Positions 43,278 to 44,356 of a DNA stretch of 44,356 bases are shown piece after piece. How positions within the stretch are numbered: the stretch's first letter is position 1; every line of letters starts with the position of its first letter. The notes beneath the pieces are model-generated. The model worked only from the letters and a program-made list of their open reading frames with translations, was not told the origin of the DNA and did no database searches. The DNA lies in assembly GCA_046538535.1 (NCBI GenBank), contig JBKHIS010000001.1, positions 1 through 44,356 of the forward strand, written 5' to 3'. This DNA comes from Candidatus Hadarchaeia archaeon (lineage in GTDB: Archaea > Hadarchaeota > Hadarchaeia > Hadarchaeales > JAGGTB01). The translations under genes were made by a program, and so were the position numbers.

Positions 43278-44356
43278 TTGAGTGATAAATGTTTCGAGTT
43301 TGGCCGTATCTATACCCCTGATGGATTTTTGGAAAAATCTTATCTAACTGTATCCGAAACAAAAATCGAGGAAATTTCGAGTACCCGCCCATCTTTCGTA
43401 GGGGAGGAGATCTACGATTTCTCGAACGAAATGGCAGTACCGGGTTTCATCGACATTCATACTCATGGCTTTGGGGGCGCGAGCGCTACTTCCGGCAGCG
43501 AGATGGACTTTTTGAAAATGTCGAAGCATTTTGGGAGTATGGGGGTGACTTCCTTTCTTCCGACGGTTTGGTCGGCCTCGGAGAATAGACTGAAGGAAGT
43601 TTGCTCTTCTTTTTCCGATGCTTGCCTTAAAGAGGGGGAAGGGAGCGAAATGCTTGGACTTCATCTTGAGGGGCCCTACTTTGGCAAGGGCGAAGAAAGA
43701 GGAGCTCAGAATTCGGAATTTTTGAGACCTCCCGATATCGAGGAGTTTGAAAGATTAGCTGAAACTTCCGGAGACCGAATTGAAAGAATTAGTTTGGCTC
43801 CTGATCTCGATGGAGCGTTGGAATTTATCGAAAAAGTTAGTGATAAAGGTGTATTGGTTTCTGCTGGCCATACCGCTATTGATTACGAGGGAGCCTTGGA
43901 AATCTTTGATCGAGGAGTTTCCCTTGTTACTCATCTCTTCAACGGCATGGGTAGTTTTCATCACAGGAGACCAGGTATTGTAGGGGCTTCGCTTTCAACG
44001 GATGTTTATACCGAGATCATAATGGATATGCTTCACGTCCATCCGGCGGTCGTTGAGATGGCTATCAGGGCGAAAGGCGTCGATCGCGTCGTTGCTATAA
44101 CGGATTCCGTTTTTTTGGCTGGGCTTCCTGACGGCGTTTACGATATCGGTGGTCAGAAGGTAAAGTTAAGCGGTGGAGAGTGTAGAACACTGGATACAAA
44201 CAGGTTGGCGGGAAGTACGCTTACGATGAGCGAGGCGGTGAAGAACATCGTAAAATACACTAGCTTTGGATTGGAAGAAGCAATTAAGATGGCTTCAACG
44301 GTCCCTGCGGACGTTTTTTCTCTAAGGGACAGGGGTAGAATAGAACCAGGACTCCG
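43278..44356 (+). CDS. nagA: N-acetylglucosamine-6-phosphate deacetylase, 3' end truncated by the window edge
   Basis: Not in the ORF track because it has no stop in the window. My translation includes PGFIDIHTHGFGG, LHLEGPYF, SAGHTA and THLFNGMGSFHHRRPGIVGA. The frame opens after a TAA at 43263-43265. The first plausible start is the TTG at 43278, with GGAG 7 nt upstream. There is no ATG before the HxH motif region. Confidence 0.85.
   Translation, partial: MSDKCFEFGRIYTPDGFLEKSYLTVSETKIEEISSTRPSFVGEEIYDFSNEMAVPGFIDIHTHGFGGASATSGSEMDFLKMSKHFGSMGVTSFLPTVWSASENRLKEVCSSFSDACLKEGEGSEMLGLHLEGPYFGKGEERGAQNSEFLRPPDIEEFERLAETSGDRIERISLAPDLDGALEFIEKVSDKGVLVSAGHTAIDYEGALEIFDRGVSLVTHLFNGMGSFHHRRPGIVGASLSTDVYTEIIMDMLHVHPAVVEMAIRAKGVDRVVAITDSVFLAGLPDGVYDIGGQKVKLSGGECRTLDTNRLAGSTLTMSEAVKNIVKYTSFGLEEAIKMASTVPADVFSLRDRGRIEPGL

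Noticed and set aside
43201-43964. Minus-strand ORFs of 63, 106 and 69 aa, and a 67-aa plus-strand ORF in another frame
   Set aside because: All overlap the nagA reading frame, which has the HxH, EGP and HLFNGM signatures. None has a recognisable domain.

Overview
Archaeal chromosomal window, moderately AT-rich. Evidence for an archaeal origin: A/T-rich TATA-like boxes about 25-30 nt upstream of genes, GGAGGTGAT-type Shine-Dalgarno sites, archaeal-type AspRS, TrpRS and ApgM, an EndA splicing endonuclease, and an intron-containing tRNA-Trp. About 60 protein genes and 2 tRNAs are tightly packed. The dominant feature is a complete 14-gene membrane-bound [NiFe] hydrogenase / Mrp-antiporter operon (mbhA-N order as in Thermococcales; 7934-15740, minus strand). 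Maturation genes hycI-like protease, hypC and hypE lie directly beside it. The rest is mostly housekeeping: GGR (5' partial), aspS, two-subunit class I fumarase, DacZ c-di-AMP cyclase, Rio2 kinase, ATP-dependent DNA ligase, ribose-1,5-bisphosphate isomerase, trpS, endA, Asp racemase, topoisomerase IA, macro domain, apgM, NifU-like, RecJ/GAN-like, S9 peptidase, a BadF-type sugar kinase and nagA (3' partial). I saw no CRISPR array, transposase, integrase or rRNA. Points worth a second look: (1) mbhN has no ATG/GTG/TTG start and begins at an ATT codon directly after the in-frame mbhM stop. (2) A co-oriented block holds tRNA-Trp (61-nt box C/D-like intron), a 290-nt structured spacer, endA, trpS, a candidate orphan C/D sRNA, and an orphan ATPase proteolipid hairpin whose ion-binding carboxylate is Gln. 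(3) An uncharacterised module couples a double-HTH protein to an ExeA/TniB-like AAA+ ATPase, lies divergent from a Tfx/sigma-r4-like HTH gene, and has five iterated TGTAG-type repeats in the shared control region. (4) A divergent pair encodes a membrane-anchored wHTH protein and a surface protein, and both N-termini fit the archaeal class III (pilin-type) signal pattern. I found no clear-cut new multi-gene system. The HTH/AAA+ module and the tRNA-Trp/endA/trpS RNA-rich block are the best candidates. All functional calls rest on motif recognition by eye, without database searches.
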